The position numbers were made by a program, and so were the translations under genes. Positions 1 to 9,822 of a DNA stretch of 64,000 bases are shown in pieces. The notes beneath the pieces are model-generated. The model was not told where the DNA came from. It searched no databases and saw only the letters and a program-made list of their open reading frames with translations. The stretch spans positions 128,001-192,000 of the forward strand of contig CAWDML010000003.1 of NCBI GenBank assembly GCA_963803435.1, in the 5' to 3' direction. Position 1 is the first letter of the stretch, and each line of letters opens with the position of its first letter. This DNA comes from an uncultured delta proteobacterium (GTDB taxonomy: Bacteria; Myxococcota; Kuafuiibacteriia; Kuafuiibacteriales; Kuafuiibacteriaceae).

Positions 1-75
1 GCGGCCCGGCTGGACGGCATGCTCGCTGCGGTCACCGGCGGGCTGCTTCGGTCCGGAGAGGAGAAGCGCCGATGA
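1..75 (+). CDS. 3' end of an upstream CDS (partial, unknown product)
   Basis: Open frame from base 1 (AARLDGMLAAVTGGLLRSGEEKRR*) whose TGA overlaps the next ATG (ATGA at 72-75). Confidence 0.5.
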   Translation, partial: AARLDGMLAAVTGGLLRSGEEKRR

Positions 76-1554
76 GTCGCGCCGTCTTCGCGATGGGCAT
101 CGCCGTGCTCGCGGCGGTCGCCGGCTGTCTCGACACGGTGCTCGATCTCCCGCCCACCATCGAGATCCTGGGCGTCAGCCCCTCGGCGGACGTCCCCGAG
201 GACGCCCGGATCACCCTCGCGTTCTCGGGGCCGGTGCACGCGGGAGGTGACTGGCCAATCGAGGTCCTCCGGGACGGCCAGGCGCTGCCGATCGCCGTGG
301 AGCCGTCGGCCTCCGCGGCGTTGATCTCACCGGCGCCGCGATGGCCGGCCGGCGCCCGCCTCGAGGTGGCGGTGGGCCGCGGGCTCTCGGACGACCTCGG
401 CCGAAAGGTCGCGGAGGGGCGGGCTCCGTTCTCCGTCCGGGCTCGGGAGGTCTCGGTGCTCCCGGCCGTCGTTCGCTCGCCCACGCCCGGGACCCGAGCA
501 CCGGCGAACTTGGGCTGGGTCGCGGTCGCGCTGGGCGCGGACAATCCGGCGGAGGCGGCGCTCGAGTCCGGCGCGCAGCGGATCGCGCTGGGGTGGGAGC
601 GCTCGGCGGAAGGCGTGGCGCTCTTCCGTCTTCCGGACTTCGAGAGCGAGTGCCGGCCGCTCTGTCCCGGTGAGACGTATCGCGTGGCCGTCGACGGCCG
701 GCCGGCGAGCGAGGGGCCGCTCGGTCGGATCGAGACGGGCACCGTCGCAGACGTACAGGCCCCGGGCATCGTCGCCACCAAGGTCGTCTTCCGCGGCGGC
801 CAGCCTTGGGTCGAGATTCTGCGCCGATGAGCCGGTGCTGGTGCGCGGCGAAGCGCGCACGCTCTCGGGGGACGTCATCGAGTACCGGTCGGTGCCGGTG
901 GCGGCGGACCGCGTGCCGGCCCGGCCGGCGCGCCCGCTCGACGCCTCCACCGCGTACACGCTCCACTTCGAGGTGGAGGATCTGGCGCGGAACCGCGCGC
1001 CGCCCATCGAGGTGCCCCTGGTGACGCCGCCGGCGATCGCCGTCGCGATCACCGAGATCGTCGCCTCGCCTCTGCGCGACTGGAACGACAGCGAGGGCGG
1101 CGCGGTACCGTTCGACCCGGTCCCAGGCGTGGGGACCGTCAGCGAGGCGGACGAGTGGGTCGAGCTGGTCAATCGCTCGCAGTCGGCGATCGACCTGACC
1201 ACGTCGGGCATCGAGCTGAGGACGATCGATGCGACGCCCAACGTGACGGTGCTGGCCGGTGCACCAGCGCTCTACTTCGGCGACGGAGGCTCGCTCACCT
1301 CGTGGTGGCCAGGAGAGGCGCTGGTGGTGCGGGCGCGCGGGGCGATGTCGTCCAGGGGCTTGACCGTCGAGGTCGCTGCCGGCGACCAGCGCCTCGATCG
1401 CGTCGTGCTGGGCGAGCAGAGCGGGGCGGACCATCCCGGCGGATCCCCGCCGAACGTTCGGTACGAATCGGTGGCGCGCACCCCGTCGGGCGGGTTCGCC
1501 TGGTGCGTCCCCACGCCCGGCGATCCGCGGCCGGCGACGGAGTGCGATCAGTGA
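72..1554 (+). CDS. Lipoprotein with Ig-like (Big_5-like) and lamin-tail-like domains; one apparent +1 frameshift
   Basis: Lipobox VAGC; C-terminal ITEIVA...DEWVELVN...TPG lamin-tail pattern. ORFs 72-830 and 670-1554 join if one T is removed from GATTC at 815-819 (span 1483 = 3n+1). Confidence 0.65.
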
Positions 1555-1793
1555 TGGAAGACCGAGAGCGATCCCCACGCGAGCAGCCCGCTACCGGCGA
1601 CCGTGATGATCAACCCGAGGCGACGCACCTTGCGCCCCCAGACTTTCATGTCGGTCTCCAGGCCGAGGCGGAGGTTTCGCTCCTTGGCGACGAGGCTGGC
1701 CTTCCCTTCGGGCCGGAGGGTGAACGTCCAGCCCCGTACCAGAAAGGGGAGGCCGACGAGGGTGACGATGATGCCTGCGACGAACGCAATCAT
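1548..1793 (-). CDS. Small two-TM membrane protein (81 aa)
   Basis: MIAFVAGIIVTLVG...; ATGA overlap with stop of upstream gene; two hydrophobic segments. Confidence 0.7.
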   Translation of the reverse strand: MIAFVAGIIVTLVGLPFLVRGWTFTLRPEGKASLVAKERNLRLGLETDMKVWGRKVRRLGLIITVAGSGLLAWGSLSVFHH

Positions 1794-4258
1794 GGGCTCG
1801 GCTCCTTGGCCTCTGGCGGCGAGTAGCGCCCGTCGCCGTCCACGTCCAGGTAGATCGGGTTGGTCACCGCGATCGGGTACGGATCCATGTCGGGCCGCAC
1901 CGTGATCACGGGTTCGAAGCTCTGCTTCGAGTCGACGAACGCCGTCACGAAGCAATCGCGCGCGCAGGTGATCCGGTGAGTCGCATGGTACCGCACCACC
2001 CCCCTCCGGGGCAGAGGGACCTCAATCTTCGGCGTCCCGTCGACGAAGAGAATCAGCCGATCGGTCCCGATCCAGCTGGGGGCCTGAACCTCGACCTCGA
2101 CGTCGAGGGTGCCGGCCTCGGCCTGCACCAGCTCGCCCATGCGATGGTCGCCCGCCCGGATGGTGACGAACGGGCCGGCGCTGACGGTCGCACAGCCCCC
2201 CTTGAGCGCGGCGGTGAACGCCGCCAGGTCGAGGCGGGGCGGCGAGTCGTCGTCGACGCAGACGTAGGTGCGAGGCCAGCCGACCGGACGGTTCGAGATC
2301 GCGTGGGAGTCGCTGGTGCCGGTCCCGGTGTACCGATACCCGCGGCGGAGCAGGGCGTACCAGTCGGCGAGCGAGGCGTCGGTCTCGTCCTTCTTGCCGA
2401 ACGTGATCACCTCGACGCCGTCGAAGGCCCCGGAGTAGCGGTCGTCGCCCGAGCCGCCGTCGGTGAGCTTCATGATCCCGAAGTACCCGGTCCGCGGAGA
2501 CCGGGGGTGATTGACCTGAACGAAGGGCGGGATGTCGGCGAACCCGAGTCTCCGCACGAAGGTGAAGATCTCGTCGGGCGTCCACCCCTCGGGATCGAGC
2601 ATTCCGCCGCGTGGCTTGCCGGACTGGATCTCGAGGGGCAGCGCGTTGAAGTGGCCGATGCTGTGCGTGGTCGCCTCGACGCCGACCACCGGATAGACGT
2701 CGCGCCCCAGGCCGCTCGTCGCCACGATCGAGCGATAGTCAATCAGGATGTTGTGCTCGGTCGCGACCAGCACCTCGACGCCTTCTGCGGCGTTCGCGAG
2801 GGCGCGATCGGGCAGCGAGACCCCGGAGTCGAAGCTGGGCGCCGCGTGCTGGTGGAGGTCGGTCGAGATGAAGCCCGGCGTCTTCACGCTGCGCTCGAGC
2901 CTTCCGGTGACCTCGACGCGCTCGCCCGCGTCGATCGATACGCGGCGATCGATCAGCTCGTACTCGAGCCCTCGGGTGACGAGCACGCGATACTTTCCCG
3001 GGCTGATCGGGTGCTCGCCGACGCCGCGCGCCGAGAGCAGCAGGTTCTCGGCCCCGTCGGCGCGGAACGAGGGACCGAAGTGGGGCGTGGGCGAGCCGTC
3101 GATCCCGACCACGGTGAGCCGCACCGGCGGGGCGCGCCCGTCGTCGCTCTGGATCCGCCAGGCCAGCACGCCCTGGGCCCCCATCTGGAAGTTCTTGGTG
3201 GCGTTGGCTGCGGCCTCCAGCGAGAGCAGGGCCACGCTCGAGGTTTGGACCGAGATCCGGCCGGGGGCCTCGGCCTGCGCCCAGTAGGTCCCGGGCGCCA
3301 GCTCGATCGAGTACCAGCCATTGCGATCGACGCGGGCCAGCCCCGCGAGGCGGCTGTTCTTGTCGAACATCCGGACCATCGCGTCCCGCACCGCCTCGCC
3401 CTCGTGCGTGACCCGCCCGGTGAACCGTCCCGTCCGATCGCCGCGAAGCTTCGCCACCGCCGGCGCGAGCGAGGCGGTGTCGCCGCGCCCGACGACCAGA
3501 TGCCGGACGTACGTCACCGTCTTCTTAGGCACCAGCGAGACCACCGCGCCCATCGGATCGCTCCACATCGATCCGTTCGGGGTGTCGAACTTCGTCTGTC
3601 CATCCGGTACCAGCGCGTACGAGGTGTCGTTGCCGATGCCGCAGATCCAATCCACGCTCACCCGCCGTCCCGGAAGATCGAAGCCGTAGCCCGGCGCCAT
3701 ATGCTCGGTCCGTCCCCACTGCACCGCGTCGCCGATGGTGAAGCGATCGATCGGCACGGTTCCGGTGTTGGTGAACCGGGTCTCGACCGTCAGCCACGGC
3801 TCGTTGGGACGCAGGATGTAATCGGTCTCGATCTTGATGCGCGCGTTGCCGGTGTCGACTCCGCTGGCGCGGATGATCGCCGGGCGACGCCCGCCGCCCT
3901 TCTTGGAGATCTTCACCTCGTCGTAGCGCGCCTGCCGGGGGAACTCGTCGTTGAGGTAGAGGAACATCTCGTTGATCTGATCCTCACCGTCCGGAAGCGG
4001 CGCGAGGTCGGCGAGGTTGCCGGCGCTGCACGCGAAGCCCGACGTCGAGGCGTCGCGAGTGATGACCGCGACGAGCAGCCCGTTCTCCACCATGAAGTCG
4101 CCGATGGCCCCGGTGGCGGCCGGCCCCCAGAGCAGGTCGCCCGGCCCCTCGACCACGCGCGCGATCGCCGGTGGAACGCTCGGATCCGCGGGCCGGCAAC
4201 CCGGGGACAGGAGAATGATCGCGCCGCAAGCGGACGCCCGCGCCCGGTGGACTCGCAC
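1790..4258 (-). CDS. CehA/McbA-family PHP-type metallohydrolase with carboxypeptidase-regulatory-like domain, probably exported
   Basis: Motifs DLHQH, ATEHN, GHFNA, VNHPR, TSDSH, and C-terminal TNPIYLDVDGDG; start estimated (GTG 4258). Confidence 0.75.
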   Translation of the reverse strand: MRVHRARASACGAIILLSPGCRPADPSVPPAIARVVEGPGDLLWGPAATGAIGDFMVENGLLVAVITRDASTSGFACSAGNLADLAPLPDGEDQINEMFLYLNDEFPRQARYDEVKISKKGGGRRPAIIRASGVDTGNARIKIETDYILRPNEPWLTVETRFTNTGTVPIDRFTIGDAVQWGRTEHMAPGYGFDLPGRRVSVDWICGIGNDTSYALVPDGQTKFDTPNGSMWSDPMGAVVSLVPKKTVTYVRHLVVGRGDTASLAPAVAKLRGDRTGRFTGRVTHEGEAVRDAMVRMFDKNSRLAGLARVDRNGWYSIELAPGTYWAQAEAPGRISVQTSSVALLSLEAAANATKNFQMGAQGVLAWRIQSDDGRAPPVRLTVVGIDGSPTPHFGPSFRADGAENLLLSARGVGEHPISPGKYRVLVTRGLEYELIDRRVSIDAGERVEVTGRLERSVKTPGFISTDLHQHAAPSFDSGVSLPDRALANAAEGVEVLVATEHNILIDYRSIVATSGLGRDVYPVVGVEATTHSIGHFNALPLEIQSGKPRGGMLDPEGWTPDEIFTFVRRLGFADIPPFVQVNHPRSPRTGYFGIMKLTDGGSGDDRYSGAFDGVEVITFGKKDETDASLADWYALLRRGYRYTGTGTSDSHAISNRPVGWPRTYVCVDDDSPPRLDLAAFTAALKGGCATVSAGPFVTIRAGDHRMGELVQAEAGTLDVEVEVQAPSWIGTDRLILFVDGTPKIEVPLPRRGVVRYHATHRITCARDCFVTAFVDSKQSFEPVITVRPDMDPYPIAVTNPIYLDVDGDGRYSPPEAKEPSP

Positions 4259-4348
4259 GAACTCCAAGACTTTGGAACAGCCTACCTCAGCCGAGCCTTC
4301 CGGTTGAGCGGGGCAGGAGGCCCGTGCTATGGCCCGGCTCGACCCCCC

Positions 4349-5101
4349 ATGTCTGGCCACAGTCGATGGAGCACCATCAAGCGAAAGAAAGGCGCCTCCG
4401 ACGCCAAGCGCGGGAAGATCTTCACGAAGCTCAGCAAGGAGATCACCGTGTCGGCGCGGACCGGCGGGGGGGATCCATCGGGCAATCCGCGCCTGCGCCT
4501 CGCGATCCAGGCGGCGAAGGCCGGCGCCATGCCGAACGAGAACATCCAGCGCGCGATCCGCAAGGGTACGGGCGAGGAATCGGGCGGCCACATCGAGGAG
4601 CTGGTCTACGAGGCCTACGGTCCCGGGGGCGTCGCGTTCATCATGGACGTTGCGACCGACAACGTGAACCGCACCATCGCTGAGGTCCGCAGCGTGTTCG
4701 ACAAGGTCGGGGGCGCGCTGGGCAAGACCGGCAGCGTCGCCTTCAAGTTCACGCGGCGGGGCATGCTCCGCTTCGATGCCGCCAAGTACACCGAGGACCA
4801 GGTCATGGAGGCTGCCCTCGAGGCCGGGGCCGAGGACGTCGTCACCGAGGACGAGCGCGTGGTGGTCTACTGCACTCCGCACGAATTCCATGCGGTGCAG
4901 GCCGGGATGGAGGCCAAGGGGCTGGAGCCCGAGGAGGCCACGCTCACGATGATCCCCAACATGACGGTCCAGTGCGATCTCGACACCGCGAGGAAGACGC
5001 TGGCCCTCCTCGAGAAGCTCGAGGACCACGACGACATTCAGAATGTCTGGGCAGACTGCGAGATCTCGGACGAGGTGATGGCGCAGCTCGAGGAGTCGTG
5101 A
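4349..5101 (+). CDS. yebC: YebC/PmpR family protein
   Basis: MSGHSRWSTIKRKKG, YEAYGPGG, TDNVNRT; directly upstream of ruvC. Confidence 0.95.
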   Translation: MSGHSRWSTIKRKKGASDAKRGKIFTKLSKEITVSARTGGGDPSGNPRLRLAIQAAKAGAMPNENIQRAIRKGTGEESGGHIEELVYEAYGPGGVAFIMDVATDNVNRTIAEVRSVFDKVGGALGKTGSVAFKFTRRGMLRFDAAKYTEDQVMEAALEAGAEDVVTEDERVVVYCTPHEFHAVQAGMEAKGLEPEEATLTMIPNMTVQCDLDTARKTLALLEKLEDHDDIQNVWADCEISDEVMAQLEES

Positions 5102-5593
5102 TCGCGTTCGGGATCGAATCCGGGTTCCGTTCGTACGGGGTGGGGCGTCGTCGAGTCGGAGGGCAGCCGGCTCGTCTGTCACGACTACGGCGTCATCGCC
5201 GCGGGAGACAAGGACGCGCTCTGTGCGCGTCTCTCGACAATCTTCGAGGGGCTCACGCAGGCGCTGGAACGGGCGCACCCCGACGAGGTGTTCCTCGAGT
5301 CGATCTTCCACCATCAGAGCGCCAAGAGCGCGCTCATCCTCGGGCACGCGCGGGGCGTCGCGCTCCTGGCGGCGAGCCGGTGCGACCGGCCCGTCCGGGA
5401 GATCTCGCCCGCCGAGGTGAAGAAGGCCGTCACCGGCAGCGGTCGCTCCGACAAGCACCAGGTGCAGGAGATGATCCGCATCCAGCTCGGGCTGCGCGAG
5501 CGCGCCCCCTCCGACGCCTCCGACGCTCTCGCCATCGCGATCGCCGGGTCGATCCGCTCCCGCTTCGCGCGGCTCGTGGAGGGCGCCGGATGA
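5098..5593 (+). CDS. ruvC: Holliday junction resolvase RuvC; apparent +1 frameshift
   Basis: Removing one A from GAATC at 5116-5120 restores GIDPGSVRTGWGVV; later LGHARG, VKKAVTGSG, DASDALAIA. Confidence 0.9.
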
Positions 5594-6186
5594 TCGGTCG
5601 CATCCGAGGCGAGGTCATCGATCGCACCGGCAACGCGGTGGTCGTGGACGTCGGCGGCGTCGGTTACGTGGTGACGGTGACCGTGCACGCCCAGATCCGC
5701 CTGGGCGAGCGCGTCGATCTGTTCGTCCACACGCACGTACGGGAGGACGCCCTACACCTGTACGGCTTCCGCGAGCGCCTCGAGCGCGAGGTGTTCGACA
5801 TGCTGATCCAGGTCCCGAACGTGGGACCGGTGAAGGCCATGCAGATCCTTCAGACGCCGGTGCGCGACCTGATCGCGCTGGTGGCCAAGCGCGACGCGCG
5901 AGCCCTGGCCAAGCTCCCCGGTGTCGGCAAGAAGACGGCCGAGCGCCTCCTGATCGATCTCGCCGACAAGGTCCAGGGGATCGGACCCGGCGCCGGGCTG
6001 GCGGTGCCCCCGGGCGGCTCGGGCTTCGGGACCACGCAGGTCGAGCGCGACCTCTACAGCGCGCTGCTGAACCTCGGGTTCAAGGACGCCGTCGCCGCCG
6101 ACTCGACGCGCCGCTCGATCGCGCACCTCGGCGAGGACGCCGGCCTCGAGGCCCTGCTCAAAGATGCGCTGGCTACCCGGCGGTGA
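5590..6186 (+). CDS. ruvA: Holliday junction branch migration protein RuvA
   Basis: MIGRIRG, VGGVGY, HVREDALHLYGF, PGVGKKTAER, ALLNLGF. Confidence 0.95.
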   Translation: MIGRIRGEVIDRTGNAVVVDVGGVGYVVTVTVHAQIRLGERVDLFVHTHVREDALHLYGFRERLEREVFDMLIQVPNVGPVKAMQILQTPVRDLIALVAKRDARALAKLPGVGKKTAERLLIDLADKVQGIGPGAGLAVPPGGSGFGTTQVERDLYSALLNLGFKDAVAADSTRRSIAHLGEDAGLEALLKDALATRR

Positions 6187-6198
6187 TACAACCCGTCC

Positions 6199-7227
6199 GT
6201 GCCGCGCGAAGACAAGGATCGCGAGCGGAGCATCACCGGCTTCCCCAGAGAGCAGGATCGGCCCCTCGACGCGGCGCTGCGCCCCCGATCCTTCGACGAG
6301 TACGTCGGCCAGCGTCAGATCAAGGACAACCTGGCGGTGTTCACGCAGGCGGCGCGCCAGCGGGGCGAGCCCGTCGACCACCTCCTGTTCTCCGGCCCGC
6401 CCGGCCTGGGCAAGACCTCGCTCGCACACCTGATCGCGCAGGAGATGGGGGTGAAGCTGCACATCACCTCGGGCCCCGCGCTGGAGAAGAAGGGCGATCT
6501 CGCTGGCATCCTCACCAGCCTCGAGCCCGGTGACGTCCTCTTCATCGATGAGATCCACCGGCTGACGCCCGCCGTCGAAGAGAACCTCTATCCGGCGATG
6601 GAGGAGTTTCGGTTCGACGTGGTGATCGGCGACGGCCCCCACGCTCGGACCATGACGCTCCCGCTGCCCCGCTTCACGCTGGTCGGCGCCACCACCCGGA
6701 CCGGCCTGCTCTCGAGCCCGCTCCGGGATCGCTTCGGGTATGCCGCCCGACTCGAGTTCTATGAGCCGGAGGAGCTGGTCCAGATCGTCACCCGCTCGGC
6801 CGTCCGGCTCGAGGCCCCCCTGGAGGAAGGCGCCGCCCTGGAGGTGGCCCGCCAATCCCGCGGGACACCCCGGGTCGCGAACCGCCTGCTGCGGCGCCTC
6901 CGGGACTTCGCCGAGGTCCTGGGCGACGGCCGGATCACCGAGACCATCGCCAAGAAGGGCTTGAAAGCGCTCGGGATCGACGCCGCCGGGCTCGACGACA
7001 TGGACCGCCGGCTCCTCGAGGCCATCACGGACCGCTTCGAGGGCGGCCCGGTGGGCCTGGACACCTTGGCGGCGGCCATCGGCGAGGAGCCAACCACCCT
7101 GGAGGACGTCTACGAGCCCTACCTGATCAAGGAGGGCTACCTGAAGCGGACGCCCCGGGGGCGGGTGGCCATGTCAAAGGCGTTCGACCTCCTGGGGCGG
7201 CGGCCCACCCAACCGCCACTCCTTTGA
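6199..7227 (+). CDS. ruvB: Holliday junction branch migration helicase RuvB
   Basis: [39 protein letters not shown]. Confidence 0.97.
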   Translation: MPREDKDRERSITGFPREQDRPLDAALRPRSFDEYVGQRQIKDNLAVFTQAARQRGEPVDHLLFSGPPGLGKTSLAHLIAQEMGVKLHITSGPALEKKGDLAGILTSLEPGDVLFIDEIHRLTPAVEENLYPAMEEFRFDVVIGDGPHARTMTLPLPRFTLVGATTRTGLLSSPLRDRFGYAARLEFYEPEELVQIVTRSAVRLEAPLEEGAALEVARQSRGTPRVANRLLRRLRDFAEVLGDGRITETIAKKGLKALGIDAAGLDDMDRRLLEAITDRFEGGPVGLDTLAAAIGEEPTTLEDVYEPYLIKEGYLKRTPRGRVAMSKAFDLLGRRPTQPPLL

Positions 7228-7451
7228 GATCGTTTGGTGATCCGTCGCACCTCAGAATTCTGACGCCCGGGGAAATGGACCGGGGCGTCCAAAGACGCTT
7301 GCCTGGACGCCGGTCTCGTGGCACTGCCGCCCGCGCAAAGTCGTCCAGCGGCGACACCGTATCCAACTTGCGTCAGACCTCCGACCCGTGACCGGCCGCA
7401 AGTGATTCGTAAGGCTGCTGAACGACGGTGTAGGAGCCATCGGGTGCGCCA

Positions 7452-7467
7452 TGGCTCGGTGGTTGCT
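7452..7467 (+). promoter_or_regulatory. Candidate sigma54 (-24/-12) promoter upstream of lpxC
   Basis: TGGCTCGGTGGTTGCT: GG-N10-GC spacing, one mismatch to TGGCAC-N5-TTGCW, 54 nt before the ATG. Confidence 0.6.
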
Positions 7468-7521
7468 GTCCGAGGGCGATTGGGTGTGTCGCTGATCGGT
7501 GGGGGTGCTCGGAGTTTGGGG

Positions 7522-8446
7522 ATGCTCTATCAACGCACAGTCAAAACGAGAGTCTTCGGCACCGGGATCGGCCTTCATTCCGGCCGCACGACCGAATTCT
7601 CCATCCTTCCCTCGCCCCCTGACACGGGCCTGGTCTTCGTCCGCACCGATCTCGACCCTCACGTCGAGATCCCGGCCCGCTCCGAATACGTCGTCTCCAC
7701 CCGCCTCGCCACCACGTTGGGCACGGACGGCGTCACTATCGGTACCGTCGAGCACCTGGTGGCCGCCCTGTTTGGCCTCGGCATCGACAACGCCCGGATC
7801 GAGAATCGACGGCCCCGAGGTCCCCATACTGGATGGCTCGGCCGCGACCTTCGTCGAGCTGATCCGGGCGGTCGGCACCATCGCTCAGCTTCGGCCCAAG
7901 CGCTTCCTCCTGGTGAAGCGACCGGTCTCGGTGACCTCCGAGGACGGCCAATCCAGCGCCCGCATCGAGCCGGCCCCCTGCTTCGAGCTGAGCTGCACCA
8001 TCGACTTCAATCACCCCATCGTCAGCCACCAGACCTTCGAGATGACGTTCTCCGACGCAGCCTTCGCCAAGGAGCTGGCCCGCGCCCGCACCTTCGGCTT
8101 CGCGAAGGACGTCGAGGCGATGCATCGCGCAGGCCTGGCGCGCGGCGGTAGCCTGGAGAACGCGGTGGTGGTCGACGACTTCTCGATCCGCAACCCTGAG
8201 GGTCTCCGCTTCCCCGACGAGTTCGTCCGCCACAAGGTGCTGGACGCCGTGGGCAATCTGGCCCTCCTGGGCGCGCCCTTGATCGGCCGGTACGTGGGCG
8301 TTCGGAGCGGCCACACCTTGAACACGCGCCTCGCCGACGAGCTCCTGTCCCAGCGCCGCGCCTACGAGTACCGCGAGTTCCGCGAGCGCCGCGACCTCGA
8401 GCAGTTCGCGCTCGACCTCCCCGCCCTCGGCGTCGCCCCCGCCTGA
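7522..8446 (+). CDS. lpxC: UDP-3-O-acyl-N-acetylglucosamine deacetylase; apparent +1 frameshift
   Basis: QRT, GIGLHSG, TVEHL, EVPILDGSA, ARTFGF, HKVLDAVG; frames join by removing one A from GAATC at 7803-7807. Confidence 0.93.
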
Positions 8447-8490
8447 AGAAATCCGTTGACCGCTCCGGCGGCGGCTCCTAGCCATCGAGC

Positions 8491-9820
8491 GTGCCCGGCC
8501 GTGCGCTCTCGAGCGTCTCGGGCCTGCGGAATCCGCCGCTGGCCCCGGCCGGCTCCCTCGCCGGCGCGCCTCCTCAACCACGCGGGCCCGGACGATCGCC
8601 CGTTTGCGATGATCTCGGGGCCCGGGGATCCGGCGCTCTCGACCTGGTCTTACGCGGGACTCGATGCGGTCGGCGTCGCGCCCAGCTTCGAGCGCGCCCA
8701 TCAGCAGATCGCGACCTGGATCGAGGCCGGCGATCCGCGCCTGCCGCCGTTCACGGGCGGCGCGGTCGGCTACGCCGGGTACGACGCGGGCTGGGCCGGA
8801 CAGCCGCGCCCGCGCGTCCCCCGGCCGGATCCGCTCGGGATGCCGGGCGCCCGTCTCCTCCTGTACGACGCCGTGTATGCGCGAAACGAGGCCACCGGCG
8901 AGGGCTTCCTGGTCGCCCAGCCCGACGCCGGCGGGCGCCTGGATCGCCTGGCCGCCGCCCTGGAGGACGAGGGTGAGCGCCCCGCCGGCGGCGCAGGCCC
9001 GCTCTCTCCGCGGGTCGCCCGCCGCACGCACCTGGCCCGGATCGCCGAGGCCCTCGAGCTGATCGCGGCCGGCGAGATCTACCAGGCGAACCTCACCTAT
9101 CCCCTGGTCGGTCGCTTCGACGGCGATCCGCGCGCGGCCTTTCTCCGGCTCCTGGAGGCCCCACCGACGTTCGCTGCCTACCTCCGCGTCGACGACGACC
9201 AGCACCTGATCTCGGCGTCGCCCGAGTGCTTCTTCGATCTCTTGGCCTCCGATCGATCCCTCGCGACCTATCCGATCAAGGGGACCCGACCTCGATCCGC
9301 CGATCCGATCCGGGACCGCGCGCTCGCCCGCGAGCTGGGCGCCGACGAGAAGGAGCGCGCCGAGCACCTGATGATCGTCGATCTGCTCCGGAACGACGTG
9401 GGTCGGATCGCCGAGATCGGCTCCGTGCGGGTCGACGGTCTGGCGTATGTGGAATCGTTCCCCGGCGTCCACCACCTGACCAGCCGGGTGCGGGGCACGA
9501 TCCGCCCCGACGTCGATCTTGGCCGCGTGCTTCGCGCGCTGTTCCCCGGCGGATCGATCACCGGCGCGCCGAAGCTCCGCGCCATGGAGGTGATCGACGC
9601 GCTCGAGGATGCACCGCGAGGCGTATACACGGGCGCGGTCGGGTACCTGACACCGAACGGCTCCGTCCGCACCAGCATCGCGATCCGCACGGCGCAGATC
9701 CGCGAGCGCGAGCTGATCTTCGGCGTGGGCGGCGGCATCGTGGCCGACTCGGTCCCGGCGCGCGAGTGGGACGAGACCGTCCTCAAATCGATGTCGCTCC
9801 GGCGGGCGCTCGAGGGCTGA
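8491..9820 (+). CDS. pabB: Aminodeoxychorismate synthase component I / anthranilate synthase component I family
   Basis: GGAVGY, YQANL, SPE, PIKGTRPR, EHLMIVDLLRND, GSITGAPK, GGGIV; N-terminus joins to GTG 8491 if one A is removed from GAATC at 8529-8533. Confidence 0.8.
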
Positions 9821-9822
9821 GA

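Noticed and set aside
7330-7420. c-di-GMP-I riboswitch (GCGCAAAG word)
   Set aside because: The GAAA tetraloop stem and the rest of the consensus could not be found.
5098-8446. ruvC and lpxC as pseudogenes or programmed frameshifts
   Set aside because: Single-base breaks fall at restorable GATC sites, with no slippery heptamers and no other decay; sequencing artefact is more likely.
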